From contig JAUNVP010000007.1 of NCBI GenBank assembly GCA_030537615.1, positions 52,227 through 116,226 of the forward strand: a DNA stretch of 64,000 nt. Direction: 5' to 3'. The position numbers and the translations under genes are program-made. Source of the stretch: Actinomycetaceae bacterium. GTDB taxonomy: Bacteria > Actinomycetota > Actinomycetes > Actinomycetales > Actinomycetaceae. This document shows, one piece after another, positions 37,574 through 47,185 of the stretch (position 1 is its first letter; every line of letters begins with the position of its first letter). The notes beneath the pieces were generated by a model, which made no database searches, was not told the origin of the DNA, and saw only the letters and a list, made by a program, of their open reading frames with translations.

Positions 37574-37600
37574 AAAAGCCCCGGTTTGCCGGGGCTTTTC
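37574..37600. terminator. bidirectional intrinsic terminator (tRNA-Leu / tal)
   Basis: aaaaGCCCCGG-tttg-CCGGGGCtttt. Confidence 0.75.
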
Positions 37601-37609
37601 CTTTGCCGT

Positions 37610-38713
37610 TTAGCGATTCTTCAAGGCGATTTCAACGTTGTCGAGGAGCTGATTCCAAGCCACCTCAAACTTCTCAACACCCTCATCTAAAAGCGTGCGT
37701 GAGATCGCGTCAAAGTCAATGCCGAGTTCTTCCAACTTCTCGAATCGAGCTCTCGAATCGTCGTATGAGCCGTGAACTGCGTCGCCGTGAAGCTTCGACT
37801 CAGATGCTACGGCGCGCAGCGTTTTCTCCGGCATGGTGTTGACGGTATTAGCAACAGCAAGTTCGTCGACGTACAGGGTGGGGGACAGCGCGGGATCTTT
37901 TACTCCGGTCGATGCCCACAGCGGCCGTTGCCGGTGAGCTCCGGCGCTCTCGAGCGCCGACCAGCGATCGGACTTCAATGATTCTTCAAATGCCTGGTAA
38001 GCGAGTCGCGCATTGGCGAGGCCAAGCGTAGAGCGGAGTTCTTTGGCTGCGTCTCCACCGACCTCGTCGAGACGTGCATCGACCATCGTGTCGATACGCG
38101 AAACAAAGAAGCTTGCCACAGAGTGAATGGTGCTGATGTCGATCCCACGTTCGAGAGCCTGTTCCAATCCGGTCATGTACGCGTCAATAACCTCGCGATA
38201 CTGTGCAACGGAAAAGATCAGAGTGACGTTGACACAGATACCCGACGCTATGGCTTCGGTAACCGCAGGAAGTGAACCGGCTGTTGCAGGAATCTTAATC
38301 ATGGCATTGGGACGATCAACCCGTGCCCACAGGTCTTTCACCTGCGCTATGGTCGCACTCGTATCGGCAGATAGGCGAGGATCAACTTCGATCGACACTC
38401 GTCCATCCGCTCCGCCAGTGGATTCATAGACCGGCCTGAGGACGTCGCAGGCTGCGCGTACATCGTCGATAATCATCGTAAATACCGCGTTGTCCACATC
38501 AGTATGAGCTTCGGCAAGCTGCGCCACTTGCTCGGCGTAGTCGGTGCCGTCACCAATTGCCGCAGAGAAGATAGCCGGGTTGGTGGTGACGCCAACGACG
38601 CAATCGTGGTTGATTCGCTCCTGCAAATCTCCCGTACGAAGACGATTGCGAGAAAGATCATCAAGCCAAATCGAAACGCCCATATCCGACAGGGCTTGCA
38701 ACTTACTGCACAT
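37610..38713 (-). CDS. tal: transaldolase
   Basis: 'GVSIWLDDLSR', 'VVGVTTNPAIF' and 'IKIPAT' motifs. 367 aa, the actinobacterial long form. Confidence 0.9.
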   Translation of the reverse strand: MCSKLQALSDMGVSIWLDDLSRNRLRTGDLQERINHDCVVGVTTNPAIFSAAIGDGTDYAEQVAQLAEAHTDVDNAVFTMIIDDVRAACDVLRPVYESTGGADGRVSIEVDPRLSADTSATIAQVKDLWARVDRPNAMIKIPATAGSLPAVTEAIASGICVNVTLIFSVAQYREVIDAYMTGLEQALERGIDISTIHSVASFFVSRIDTMVDARLDEVGGDAAKELRSTLGLANARLAYQAFEESLKSDRWSALESAGAHRQRPLWASTGVKDPALSPTLYVDELAVANTVNTMPEKTLRAVASESKLHGDAVHGSYDDSRARFEKLEELGIDFDAISRTLLDEGVEKFEVAWNQLLDNVEIALKNR

Positions 38714-38753
38714 GTATCCTCCTTGACTAACTGTGCTTAGTAGCTATGCTAAG

Positions 38754-39533
38754 TCATCGCCTGATCCAGAACACCATCGGTTGCCACGGTTGTGGTGACT
38801 GGCAAGCATCGGAACTGGGAGGCGCGATGACGGCGATATCATCCCGCGCTTTCATCCGGTGGAGAGGGCCGAATCCAAGATACGATGGGCCCTTGCCGCC
38901 TTTCGGCTTAGGATAGTGCGAACGAAGCTGGCGGACGGTGATACATCCGTGAAATTTCCGATCGTCAAGCAGTAAACGCATCATGAGAGCGTGATCCGGG
39001 TGATTCAGTTCGTTCTTAAGAGCAGCAATGTCCCGGGGCCACTGTGAGCGATGCTGGCTTCCTCGTCGAGCCCACACAATAATGGGAACCGGCCTTTTGA
39101 TCCAGATGTTGTCATCGTCGACCGAAAAACCGGTGGGAGCCCCGCACGCAATCCATCCGCGTTCGCGAAAATTTTGGTGTACCAGTCGGTACCGACGTCG
39201 ATGAGATAGCGGCGCGTAAATCGACAGGGCAAGACCACCGATGATGCCGATGATCGCTGTCAATGCGAGAATTCGGAACAATACGGTGAAGAGTGTGCTC
39301 GATGCAGAGACCGATAGCCAGCCGGTAAGAATGGCTGCTAGGGAAGGTCCGTGCTGACCGGCGACTACGATCCCGTTCATGAAGGAAGCAACAACACCGA
39401 TTCCGAGCAGTAGTGCTCCCATACGGGCGAGGTCATTGCGAATAATGACTCGGGAGCGAAACTGTGTGAAATCCTGCAACTGCTCGTCAAGTGCATTGGC
39501 TTCATCGAATAGCGCAGATACATCGTTGCCCAT
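38754..39533 (-). CDS. hypothetical membrane protein (two TM regions plus a cytoplasmic domain)
   Basis: Hydrophobic segments. No enzymatic motif recognised. Confidence 0.4.
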   Translation of the reverse strand: MGNDVSALFDEANALDEQLQDFTQFRSRVIIRNDLARMGALLLGIGVVASFMNGIVVAGQHGPSLAAILTGWLSVSASSTLFTVLFRILALTAIIGIIGGLALSIYAPLSHRRRYRLVHQNFRERGWIACGAPTGFSVDDDNIWIKRPVPIIVWARRGSQHRSQWPRDIAALKNELNHPDHALMMRLLLDDRKFHGCITVRQLRSHYPKPKGGKGPSYLGFGPLHRMKARDDIAVIAPPSSDACQSPQPWQPMVFWIRR

Positions 39534-39632
39534 GCTTGAAGCCTACCGGAGCCGCCATAGGCGGGGACAGTTGCAGACGCACACGGTAATCTCGGCTGTG
39601 GTGAGAACTGTCAAACGTCGTAAGGTTGGATC

Positions 39633-40343
39633 ATGCATATCGATATCTGGTCGGACGTTGCCTGTCCGTGGTGTTATCTCGGAGTGAGACATGTGCGCCA
39701 AGCCCTCAGAGAGTTCCCGCTGCGCGATGAAGTGACTGTGCGCATTCACGCGTACTTTCTCAATCCAGAATTGAGCACGACAGTAGATCAGTCTGAAGCC
39801 GAGTTCTTGTCTGAACGAAAAGGAATGGCAATTGCTGATGTTCAACATGCACTTGATTCGCTGAGTGACCTTGGGCGTGCAGAGGGAATCGCTTTTTCTT
39901 GGGACGAGGTCGTGGTGGCACCAACCACGAACGCCCATAAGCTCATCTGCTTGGCCCGTGAAATTGACGTGGAGCAAGACACTACTCACGGGCCTGATAC
40001 TCTCGAAATGAGGGTTCACGAAGGCTTGCAGCGAGCCCGGTTTGAAATGGGGATGGATGTCTCGCATCCAGAATCACTCATCGCCTTAGGCCAAGATTTT
40101 GACATCCCTGGCCAGCGCGTCTTAACCGCGCTTGAGAGTCAGGAATACGGTTCGGAAATCTTTTCCGATTTCCAAATCGGAGTTCAAATCGGTGTCAATG
40201 CCGTTCCCGTCTTTGTTTTTGATAACGCCCTCCAGATGGCCGGAGCGCAACCCACAGTGGCATTTGACAACGCTCTTGTCACCGCATGGAACCACTCTCA
40301 CCCCTCTCAACCGATACCAACCAGTGAAGGACAGCAACAGTGA
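39633..40343 (+). CDS. DsbA/FrnE-like thiol-disulfide oxidoreductase
   Basis: N-terminal 'DVACPWCYLG' CxxC thioredoxin-fold motif. Confidence 0.8.
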   Translation: MHIDIWSDVACPWCYLGVRHVRQALREFPLRDEVTVRIHAYFLNPELSTTVDQSEAEFLSERKGMAIADVQHALDSLSDLGRAEGIAFSWDEVVVAPTTNAHKLICLAREIDVEQDTTHGPDTLEMRVHEGLQRARFEMGMDVSHPESLIALGQDFDIPGQRVLTALESQEYGSEIFSDFQIGVQIGVNAVPVFVFDNALQMAGAQPTVAFDNALVTAWNHSHPSQPIPTSEGQQQ

Positions 40344-41416
40344 GTCAGACACGAATCGACGCGGACAACTTCTACCTGCGCCTGCCGCAGGAAAGCGATA
40401 TCGACGTGATTACTCGCGCCTGCCAAGATGAACTAATTCAACGGTTCACGACAGTACCAAAGCCCTACACTGAGGACTCCGCACGCTGGTGGATTAACCA
40501 CGTTGCTGAGCAGGACGAACACGAGCGAACGTGGCTCGCATTCACTCCGGACAATGAGCTGATCGGTGTAGTCGGCTTGGAGGGATTCCGCGAAAAGCGA
40601 CGCGAAACCTCGATCGGGTACTGGGGAGCTCCCGATTTTCGCGGTAGAGGGCTGATGGAGCAGGTATGCCGAGTAGCGATTGAGGACGGATGGCGCACTC
40701 TACCGATTGATCGAATCACATGGTCGGCTCACGTAGGAAACGTTTCTTCATGGGTACTCGCCTGGAAGCTGGGCTTCACCTTCGAAGGGATTCACCGCGG
40801 TGTCCGCGAGACCTCGACTCGGATTGTCGATATGTGGCATGCAAGCCTCCTGCGCGGCGACTCAATGAGTCCGAACTGCGACGTGAGAGAACCGCAGCGA
40901 TTCTCTGCCGGGTTCGCAACTGGGGAAGCCGCCGAGCGTCCCTACGATTCACGTCGCCCTCAGGCACTTGTCCATCAGTTCCACGAAGTGTACGGTTTGC
41001 CGATCAAGCTCGGGCAACGTCCCGATGTCGATATTGATCGCGTCCACATGCGCATGGGACTGATCTCCGAGGAATACGCAGAACTCGTTGGCGCAGTCTA
41101 CGGACGCGGCGCCCGCGACATCATTGAGCGCGCCCAGACTGAGGCCGTGGCTGGTGATGATGGTACTCGCGACACGATTGAGTCTGCCGATGCGCTCGCC
41201 GATCTCATTTACGTCGTCTATGGAATGGCTTTGGAAACCGGTATCGACCTCGATGCTGTTCTCGACGAAGTCCAAGCATCCAACTTGTCTAAACTTGGTG
41301 CGGATGGAAAACCCATCTATCGAGAAGACGGGAAAGTTCTCAAAGGCCCCGGGTTTTTTAACCCGCACATTGCCCGCGCACTCGGACTAGAGGAAGAGGA
41401 AAACGGTAATTCATGA
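40340..41416 (+). CDS. fusion protein: GNAT N-acetyltransferase domain plus MazG/HisE-like all-alpha NTP pyrophosphohydrolase domain
   Basis: N-terminal RimJ/RimL-like GNAT core ('IGYWGAPDFRGRGLM'). C-terminal 'LISEEYAELVGA' EExxE motif and 'DLDAVLDEV' helix typical of MazG-like enzymes. ATGA overlaps on both sides. Confidence 0.6.
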   Translation: MSQTRIDADNFYLRLPQESDIDVITRACQDELIQRFTTVPKPYTEDSARWWINHVAEQDEHERTWLAFTPDNELIGVVGLEGFREKRRETSIGYWGAPDFRGRGLMEQVCRVAIEDGWRTLPIDRITWSAHVGNVSSWVLAWKLGFTFEGIHRGVRETSTRIVDMWHASLLRGDSMSPNCDVREPQRFSAGFATGEAAERPYDSRRPQALVHQFHEVYGLPIKLGQRPDVDIDRVHMRMGLISEEYAELVGAVYGRGARDIIERAQTEAVAGDDGTRDTIESADALADLIYVVYGMALETGIDLDAVLDEVQASNLSKLGADGKPIYREDGKVLKGPGFFNPHIARALGLEEEENGNS

Positions 41417-43326
41417 CCATCGAACAGAGCTTTCCCAATTTCGACACCCTCACCCCCGAGAACTGCCGGGCGCGTGCGCTCGAAGCAATCGAGGAACACC
41501 GCGAGACACTCATGACCCTCGGCACTGTGCCCCCGACCGTGGAGGATTTCCTCGTTCCCTATGATCGGGCATACGCGCGTTTTACTCGTCAACTGCGTCC
41601 GTTACTTAATCTCACTGCCGCTGTGGGCGGTGCTAAGTGGGAAGAAGCCTACCGTGACGTAACTGGACCACTGACCTCACATCTCTCGTGGGTGAGGACG
41701 AACACGACGCTTTACGAGCAGTTCGCCACCGTGGATCGGATCGACCTCGATCCGGAAAGCGCCTATCTGATCGACACGCAACTCACAGAATTTCGGCTCG
41801 GAGGTATCGACCTGAGTGAAGAAGAACGCCGAAAACTTGAGCAACTTGATCTTGAACTGAGTGAACTGACAACCGAGTATTCGCAGCGTGTGGCACGAAT
41901 GTTGAGCGGCACGGTTACGGTGCGCGACACCACCTATACGCTCAACAACTTCACTAACCAACTCGCTCTCGCTTCTCTTTCAGATCCTGAAGCTCGCGCT
42001 GAACTCCTCGCTCTCTCACTCAACCGCGGATTTGGCGATTGCGCTGAAACTGATACGCGAGAGATACTCCTTCGCATCGCCAACGTGCGAGTCAAGCGTG
42101 CACACCTGCTCGGCTATCCCACCCACGCACACACCGTTATCGAAAAAGAAACAGCGCCCGCAGTCGACACAGTGACGCAGCTTCTTCGAGACGTTGCAAC
42201 CCGAGCGCTGGACAAACTCGAAATCGATGCAAAGCATCTGCGCACGGTAGCCCACGCCGACGGCCTATCAACTTTACGAGCCAGCGATTGGCTTTACTAC
42301 GAATCGCGTCTCAAGCAGAGCGAACTTGGGCTCGGCGACGATGAACTGTTCCCCTACCTCGAACTGTGGCGAGTCGTCGAAAACGGCGTATTTTACGCCG
42401 CCCACGAACTGTTCGGAATCACCATGATCCGACGCGAAGACCTGAAGGCCTGGGACCTGAGTTGTCGCGTGTACGAAGTCCGAGATGAACAGAACCAACT
42501 TCTCGGCCTGTTCATCGCCGACTACTTCACTCGCGATGGAAAGAACGGCGGCGCATGGATGACTGATTTCATCGCGTCATGCGAGGACACCAATTACCAG
42601 TCCATTATCATTAACTGCGCGAACTTCGCGCCCCCCAAAGCGGGTGAGCGCAAGTATCTCGTGTGGGACGAAGTGATTACCCTATTCCACGAGTTTGGCC
42701 ACGCCCTCCACGGTTTTCTCTCACAAACTCGGTACTCCCTTACCTCAGGAACCTCCGTTCCACGAGATTTCGTTGAGCTCCCTAGCCAGTTAAACGAAAT
42801 GTGGGCCTATCATCCACGGGTTATCGACAGTTACATGCGTGATGATCGTGGGCACAAAGCCCCGGCGGCGATCATCGACAAAATCGCCAGGCTCAAGTTC
42901 TTCGGACAAGCCTTTGCAACCGTCGAATACTGTGCCGCCGCACTTCTCGACCAAGCGTGGCACGGCCTCACGCGAAGCGTCGAACAAACCGTTGAAGAGT
43001 TCGAGATGCAGGCTCTCGAAACAGCGGGAGTAGCCACTGAACTCGTTCCACCCAGGTATCGATCGACCTACTTCCCGCATATTTTCACCATCGGATACGA
43101 TGCCGGGTACTACTCGTATATGTGGTCTGAAGCGCTCGTTGGTGAATGTGAAGAGTGGTTTGAAAAGCACTATCCCGACAGTGGCGGATTAGACCGTCAG
43201 GCGGGCCGTCGCTATGCGCACGAGATACTTTCACGCGGGAACTCTCGAGATCCGCATGAATCGTTCATTGCCCTCATTGGGCACGAGGCTCGTCCCGAAG
43301 CAATTTTCCGCCGCCGGGGACTGTAA
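41413..43326 (+). CDS. dcp: M3-family peptidyl-dipeptidase (Dcp/oligopeptidase A-like)
   Basis: 'HEFGHALHG' zinc HExxH motif plus downstream Glu. 637 aa. Confidence 0.85.
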   Translation: MTIEQSFPNFDTLTPENCRARALEAIEEHRETLMTLGTVPPTVEDFLVPYDRAYARFTRQLRPLLNLTAAVGGAKWEEAYRDVTGPLTSHLSWVRTNTTLYEQFATVDRIDLDPESAYLIDTQLTEFRLGGIDLSEEERRKLEQLDLELSELTTEYSQRVARMLSGTVTVRDTTYTLNNFTNQLALASLSDPEARAELLALSLNRGFGDCAETDTREILLRIANVRVKRAHLLGYPTHAHTVIEKETAPAVDTVTQLLRDVATRALDKLEIDAKHLRTVAHADGLSTLRASDWLYYESRLKQSELGLGDDELFPYLELWRVVENGVFYAAHELFGITMIRREDLKAWDLSCRVYEVRDEQNQLLGLFIADYFTRDGKNGGAWMTDFIASCEDTNYQSIIINCANFAPPKAGERKYLVWDEVITLFHEFGHALHGFLSQTRYSLTSGTSVPRDFVELPSQLNEMWAYHPRVIDSYMRDDRGHKAPAAIIDKIARLKFFGQAFATVEYCAAALLDQAWHGLTRSVEQTVEEFEMQALETAGVATELVPPRYRSTYFPHIFTIGYDAGYYSYMWSEALVGECEEWFEKHYPDSGGLDRQAGRRYAHEILSRGNSRDPHESFIALIGHEARPEAIFRRRGL

Positions 43327-43335
43327 GCTAGGTCC

Positions 43336-43611
43336 ATGGGTACAAATCCTCAAGATGCACTGAACCGACTGATCGCCGCTTTTGAAGCGCACGCTCAGGC
43401 CGCTCGGGCCGCAGAAATATCAGATTCGACGATCGTGGAGGCCGCTGAAGCCCGTCTGCGCGATGCGTTTTTTACCTACGACGACGTGCTATTCAACAAC
43501 TACGGAGTCGATCTACCTTTTGACATGATCGAAGATGATGATTTCGACGACGAGGATGATGACGACGACATCGAGTTCTTTGATCTCGATGACGATGACA
43601 TCGACGACTAA
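43336..43611 (+). CDS. small acidic protein with poly-Asp/Glu C-terminus
   Basis: 91 aa. Helical N-terminal half, then a '[25 protein letters not shown]' tail. Confidence 0.4.
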   Translation: MGTNPQDALNRLIAAFEAHAQAARAAEISDSTIVEAAEARLRDAFFTYDDVLFNNYGVDLPFDMIEDDDFDDEDDDDDIEFFDLDDDDIDD

Positions 43612-44585
43612 ACTTCCACAGCGAACGTTTCGGGGTATCCTAACTGCGGTTGGGATACCTCAGTTAATGCCTCGACCAACGGTTGCGGTAACTCGAAGGT
43701 TGTTCCAGCAAGGATTTGGGTGATCTGCTGGGTGGTCCGCGGCCCGACGAGCGCACAGTGAACGCGATTTTGTTGGGTGAGCCAAGACAAGGCGACATCG
43801 GTTGGGGTCACGTCCAAGCCCTGAGCGGTAGCGGCAACGGCCTCCACAACTTTCGCAGAGCGGTCAGTTAGATACGGAGCGACAAATGCGGCCAGTTGCG
43901 GTGAGGCTGCACGCGAATCCGCGGGTGTCGAATGCCGGTATTTTCCCGTTAATACCCCGCGCGCCAGTGCTGACCAGGCAAAGAAACCGATCGAATGACG
44001 TTCCAACGCGGGCAGTAACTCACGTTCAACTCCGCGCTGGAGGAGTGAGTATTCGGCCTCAACGACGGCCATAGGCGACGAGAGATGGTGACTTAAATAG
44101 TAAATCTCCGCTGTATCCCACGCCGAGAGATTGGACACTCCGAAGTATCTGACGCGTCCGCTCCGTAAAGCCATATCGAGGGCGGAAAGAGTCTCTTCGA
44201 CAGGGGTATTGTGATCACGACGCTCAAGCAAAAACACGTCAATATAGTCTGTCTGCAACCGGGCCAAAGAACGATCTATTGATTGAAGCAAGGCGTTGCG
44301 AGAATTTGAAAAAGTGAGCCCAGTGCCGGTTTCACGATAGCCACCTTTAGTGACGAGAACCGTTTGATTGCGATCAAAAGTCGTGGTCAACAACTCTCCG
44401 ATAACGGATTCCGCTTGGCCCTCGCCATAGGTCGGTGCCGTGTCGATGAGGTTTCCCCCGGCATCGTGGAAACGGCGCCACAGGCTTTCTGCTTCGCTCA
44501 GCATCGTGTCCCGCCCCCAGGTGAGAGTTCCGAGCCCAAGCTCAGACACGGTGAGACCGGTATTTCCCATACGTCGATGTTGCAT
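43608..44585 (-). CDS. aldo/keto reductase
   Basis: AKR fold with catalytic Tyr region ('[12 protein letters not shown]'). Confidence 0.85.
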   Translation of the reverse strand: MQHRRMGNTGLTVSELGLGTLTWGRDTMLSEAESLWRRFHDAGGNLIDTAPTYGEGQAESVIGELLTTTFDRNQTVLVTKGGYRETGTGLTFSNSRNALLQSIDRSLARLQTDYIDVFLLERRDHNTPVEETLSALDMALRSGRVRYFGVSNLSAWDTAEIYYLSHHLSSPMAVVEAEYSLLQRGVERELLPALERHSIGFFAWSALARGVLTGKYRHSTPADSRAASPQLAAFVAPYLTDRSAKVVEAVAATAQGLDVTPTDVALSWLTQQNRVHCALVGPRTTQQITQILAGTTFELPQPLVEALTEVSQPQLGYPETFAVEV

Positions 44586-44630
44586 GTCTCATACAGTATC
44601 GCGATTCAGTTCGAAGTAGGGTTTTCTACT

Positions 44631-45482
44631 ATGAGCTGGTTAGAAGCAATAATCCTTGGCCTCGTGCAAGGCCTGACCGAATTCCTCCCGATTTCCTCCT
44701 CAGCTCACCTGCGCATCGTTGGTGAGTTACTCGGAATGAATGACCCGGGAGCGGCATTTACGGCAATTACCCAGATCGGTACTGAAAGTGCTGTTGTCAT
44801 CTACTTCTGGCGAGATATCCTCCGCATCCTGTCCCAGTGGTTTAAAGCAATGCCGTGGGTCACAGCGGAACGACGCGTTTCCCAGGCGGATCCGGATGTC
44901 CGCATGGGATGGATGATTATTGTCGGATCGATTCCGATTGGCGTGCTTGGCCTGCTTCTGGAGGACTGGATTGATTTCCAGTTCCGCAATCTGTGGATTA
45001 CCGTCACCATGCTTGCTTTCTTCGCAATTCTTCTTGGAGCTGCCGACCGGTTTGCCCCGCGGTTCAAAACCCTCGATCGAATGTCATGGAAAGATGCGAT
45101 CCTGTACGGCTTCGCTCAAGCAATGGCACTGATCCCGGGAGTTTCGCGTTCCGGTGGCACCATTACGATGGGACGCGTCATGGGATATACGAGAGAGGCA
45201 GCGGCCCGGTACTCGTTCCTCCTCGCCATGCCAGCCGTATTTGCCTCCGGCTTCTACAAACTATTCAAGGTCCTGACGGGAGGCGATAGCGTCTACGCCG
45301 GACCAACCCTCGTCGCCACGCTCATTGCCTTTGTTGTTGGCTATGCCGTTATCGTGTGGTTCCTCAAGATCGTGTCCACTCGCTCCTACCAGCCATTTGT
45401 GGTGTACCGTCTCGTTATCGCGGCCGCCATCGCCGTGCTATTAGGGATGGGCGTACTCACAGCGGTGCCGGTAGCCGCATAG
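44631..45482 (+). CDS. uppP: undecaprenyl-diphosphate phosphatase
   Basis: Start trimmed to '[27 protein letters not shown]' (BacA signature). The upstream part of the six-frame ORF overlaps the AKR gene. Confidence 0.9.
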   Translation: MSWLEAIILGLVQGLTEFLPISSSAHLRIVGELLGMNDPGAAFTAITQIGTESAVVIYFWRDILRILSQWFKAMPWVTAERRVSQADPDVRMGWMIIVGSIPIGVLGLLLEDWIDFQFRNLWITVTMLAFFAILLGAADRFAPRFKTLDRMSWKDAILYGFAQAMALIPGVSRSGGTITMGRVMGYTREAAARYSFLLAMPAVFASGFYKLFKVLTGGDSVYAGPTLVATLIAFVVGYAVIVWFLKIVSTRSYQPFVVYRLVIAAAIAVLLGMGVLTAVPVAA

Positions 45483-45513
45483 GATAGGATCCAATCGACG
45501 TACAAGGAGGATC

Positions 45514-46185
45514 GTGACCCTACCCGCAGCCATTCTGTTCGACATGGACGGAACTTTCGTTGATACCGAAAAATACTGGCAAGCAGCCGAAATCCACTAT
45601 TTCCAGTCGATCGGAGTTCCCTGGGAAGCTGGTATGGGAGATGAACTAGCGGGCCGTTCACTTGTCGAGTCAATCGGTATCATGAGTGCCAAAAGCGGCG
45701 TCGACCTCGATGTTGATCACACGGTGACAACGCTTGTTGATAGCGTTCATGACATGGTTGTCGAAAACGGAGTTCCGTGGCTTCCCGGGTCTCTTGAACT
45801 CGTCGACCTCTGTCGCACGACGGGGATTTCGACTGCATTGGTCACATCGTCGTATCGAAAGTTCGCGCAAGCTGTCGTTGACCGTGCTCCCACAGACACC
45901 TTTGATGTCGTCATTGCCGGCGACGAAGTCACTCATCCAAAGCCCGATCCGGAACCTTATCTGAAGGCTGCTCATGCGCTGGGAGTACCTCCCTCACAGT
46001 GCATCGTTTTCGAAGATTCGCCCTCGGGGGTTCAAGCGGGAATAGCTGCGGGAGCATTAACGTTCGCCCTGCCCGGTTTCAATCCCGTACCCGATTCACT
46101 CGGCGCGAAGAAAATTGAGTCGCTGACTCACGTTGACGAGCAGTGGCTACGGAACGCGTGGACTCAGTGGAGCACAACGGGCTAA
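45514..46185 (+). CDS. HAD-family hydrolase (beta-phosphoglucomutase-like subfamily)
   Basis: 'AILFDMDGTFVDTE' motif I and 'VFEDSPSGVQAG' motif IV. Confidence 0.8.
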   Translation: MTLPAAILFDMDGTFVDTEKYWQAAEIHYFQSIGVPWEAGMGDELAGRSLVESIGIMSAKSGVDLDVDHTVTTLVDSVHDMVVENGVPWLPGSLELVDLCRTTGISTALVTSSYRKFAQAVVDRAPTDTFDVVIAGDEVTHPKPDPEPYLKAAHALGVPPSQCIVFEDSPSGVQAGIAAGALTFALPGFNPVPDSLGAKKIESLTHVDEQWLRNAWTQWSTTG

Positions 46186-46214
46186 CCGGACAGCTGGTGC
46201 AGTGTCTCTATCGA

Positions 46215-47069
46215 CTAGGCGATATTGGAACGTTTAATCTCCAGTAGTTCAACCAATCCGGCCTCAGAAATCTCGGGGGTGTCATCGGAGTAGAGCGGAC
46301 AGTATTGGGAGACTCCGCACCACTTGCACAGCGGCTGTTTCTTGGGCGGGAACATGTGTGTGCGTGCGGCGTGTTCGATCTCGCTCCACAAGCCAACGAG
46401 AAAATGTTCAAATGCGTCGATTTGTTCCCGTGTCGGATCAAAGGTGAGGGTGCGTCCATCTCCAAGGAAAACGAGTTGCGTACGGGCGGGTAAACCTTCT
46501 CCCGACTTGTCGAGTAAAAGCGCATAGAAGCGCATCTGGAAGAGCTTGTCCTCGATGAATCGAGGCCGAGGGGACTTTCCGGTTTTGTAATCGACTACGC
46601 GAAGAGCACCGTTGGGTGCCTTATCCACTCGATCAATAAACCCGCGTAGCGCAATTCTGTCAGTGATTTCAACGTTGATGAGTTGCTCACGCGCATACGG
46701 TTGCAACCGGGTCGGATTCTCCATGGCAAAGTACTGGTTGACGAGAGCCCGTACTTGCGCCTTCCACCGTTCTTTCAGCGCCGGATCCGGGAAAATTGCC
46801 TCGAACTCGTCCTTACCCTCAAAGAGCTTGGCGTACGCCGGTTCAATGAGGTCGTTAGCGGCCCCCGGAGTGCGTTCGTGTGCTGGCAGATCGTAGAGAT
46901 TCTCTAGCACTGCATGAACGAGTGTGCCCCGCGTTGTCGCTTCGTTCGGTGGTTCTCGAAATCCGTCTACTTGGATCAGACGGAACTTCATCGGACACTG
47001 AATCCACGTCGAAGCTGACGTCGCTGACAGTGCTTTTTTGACCGATTGTTGAGGTGTTTGAGCGGGCAT
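46215..47069 (-). CDS. RecB-family PD-(D/E)XK nuclease with C-terminal Cys cluster (Cas4/AddB-like)
   Basis: 'VDYKTGK' PD-(D/E)XK-like core and 'CKWCGVSQYC' three-Cys motif. Position upstream of trmI/arc, as in mycobacterial synteny. Confidence 0.65.
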   Translation of the reverse strand: MPAQTPQQSVKKALSATSASTWIQCPMKFRLIQVDGFREPPNEATTRGTLVHAVLENLYDLPAHERTPGAANDLIEPAYAKLFEGKDEFEAIFPDPALKERWKAQVRALVNQYFAMENPTRLQPYAREQLINVEITDRIALRGFIDRVDKAPNGALRVVDYKTGKSPRPRFIEDKLFQMRFYALLLDKSGEGLPARTQLVFLGDGRTLTFDPTREQIDAFEHFLVGLWSEIEHAARTHMFPPKKQPLCKWCGVSQYCPLYSDDTPEISEAGLVELLEIKRSNIA

Positions 47070-47185
47070 AACCCTACCGTATCGGTGACGGGGGACAAGT
47101 GCGAATAGAATCCGGATGGCTCCGATGTGTGGCGTGTACTACTTGCCATCGGCACTGAGGACAACCTGACAGTAGACTAGGGCCG

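Noticed and set aside
44364-44630. Upstream 89-codon extension of the uppP six-frame ORF.
   Set aside because: It overlaps the 5' end of the convergent AKR gene. The conserved BacA N-terminus begins at the internal ATG at 44631.
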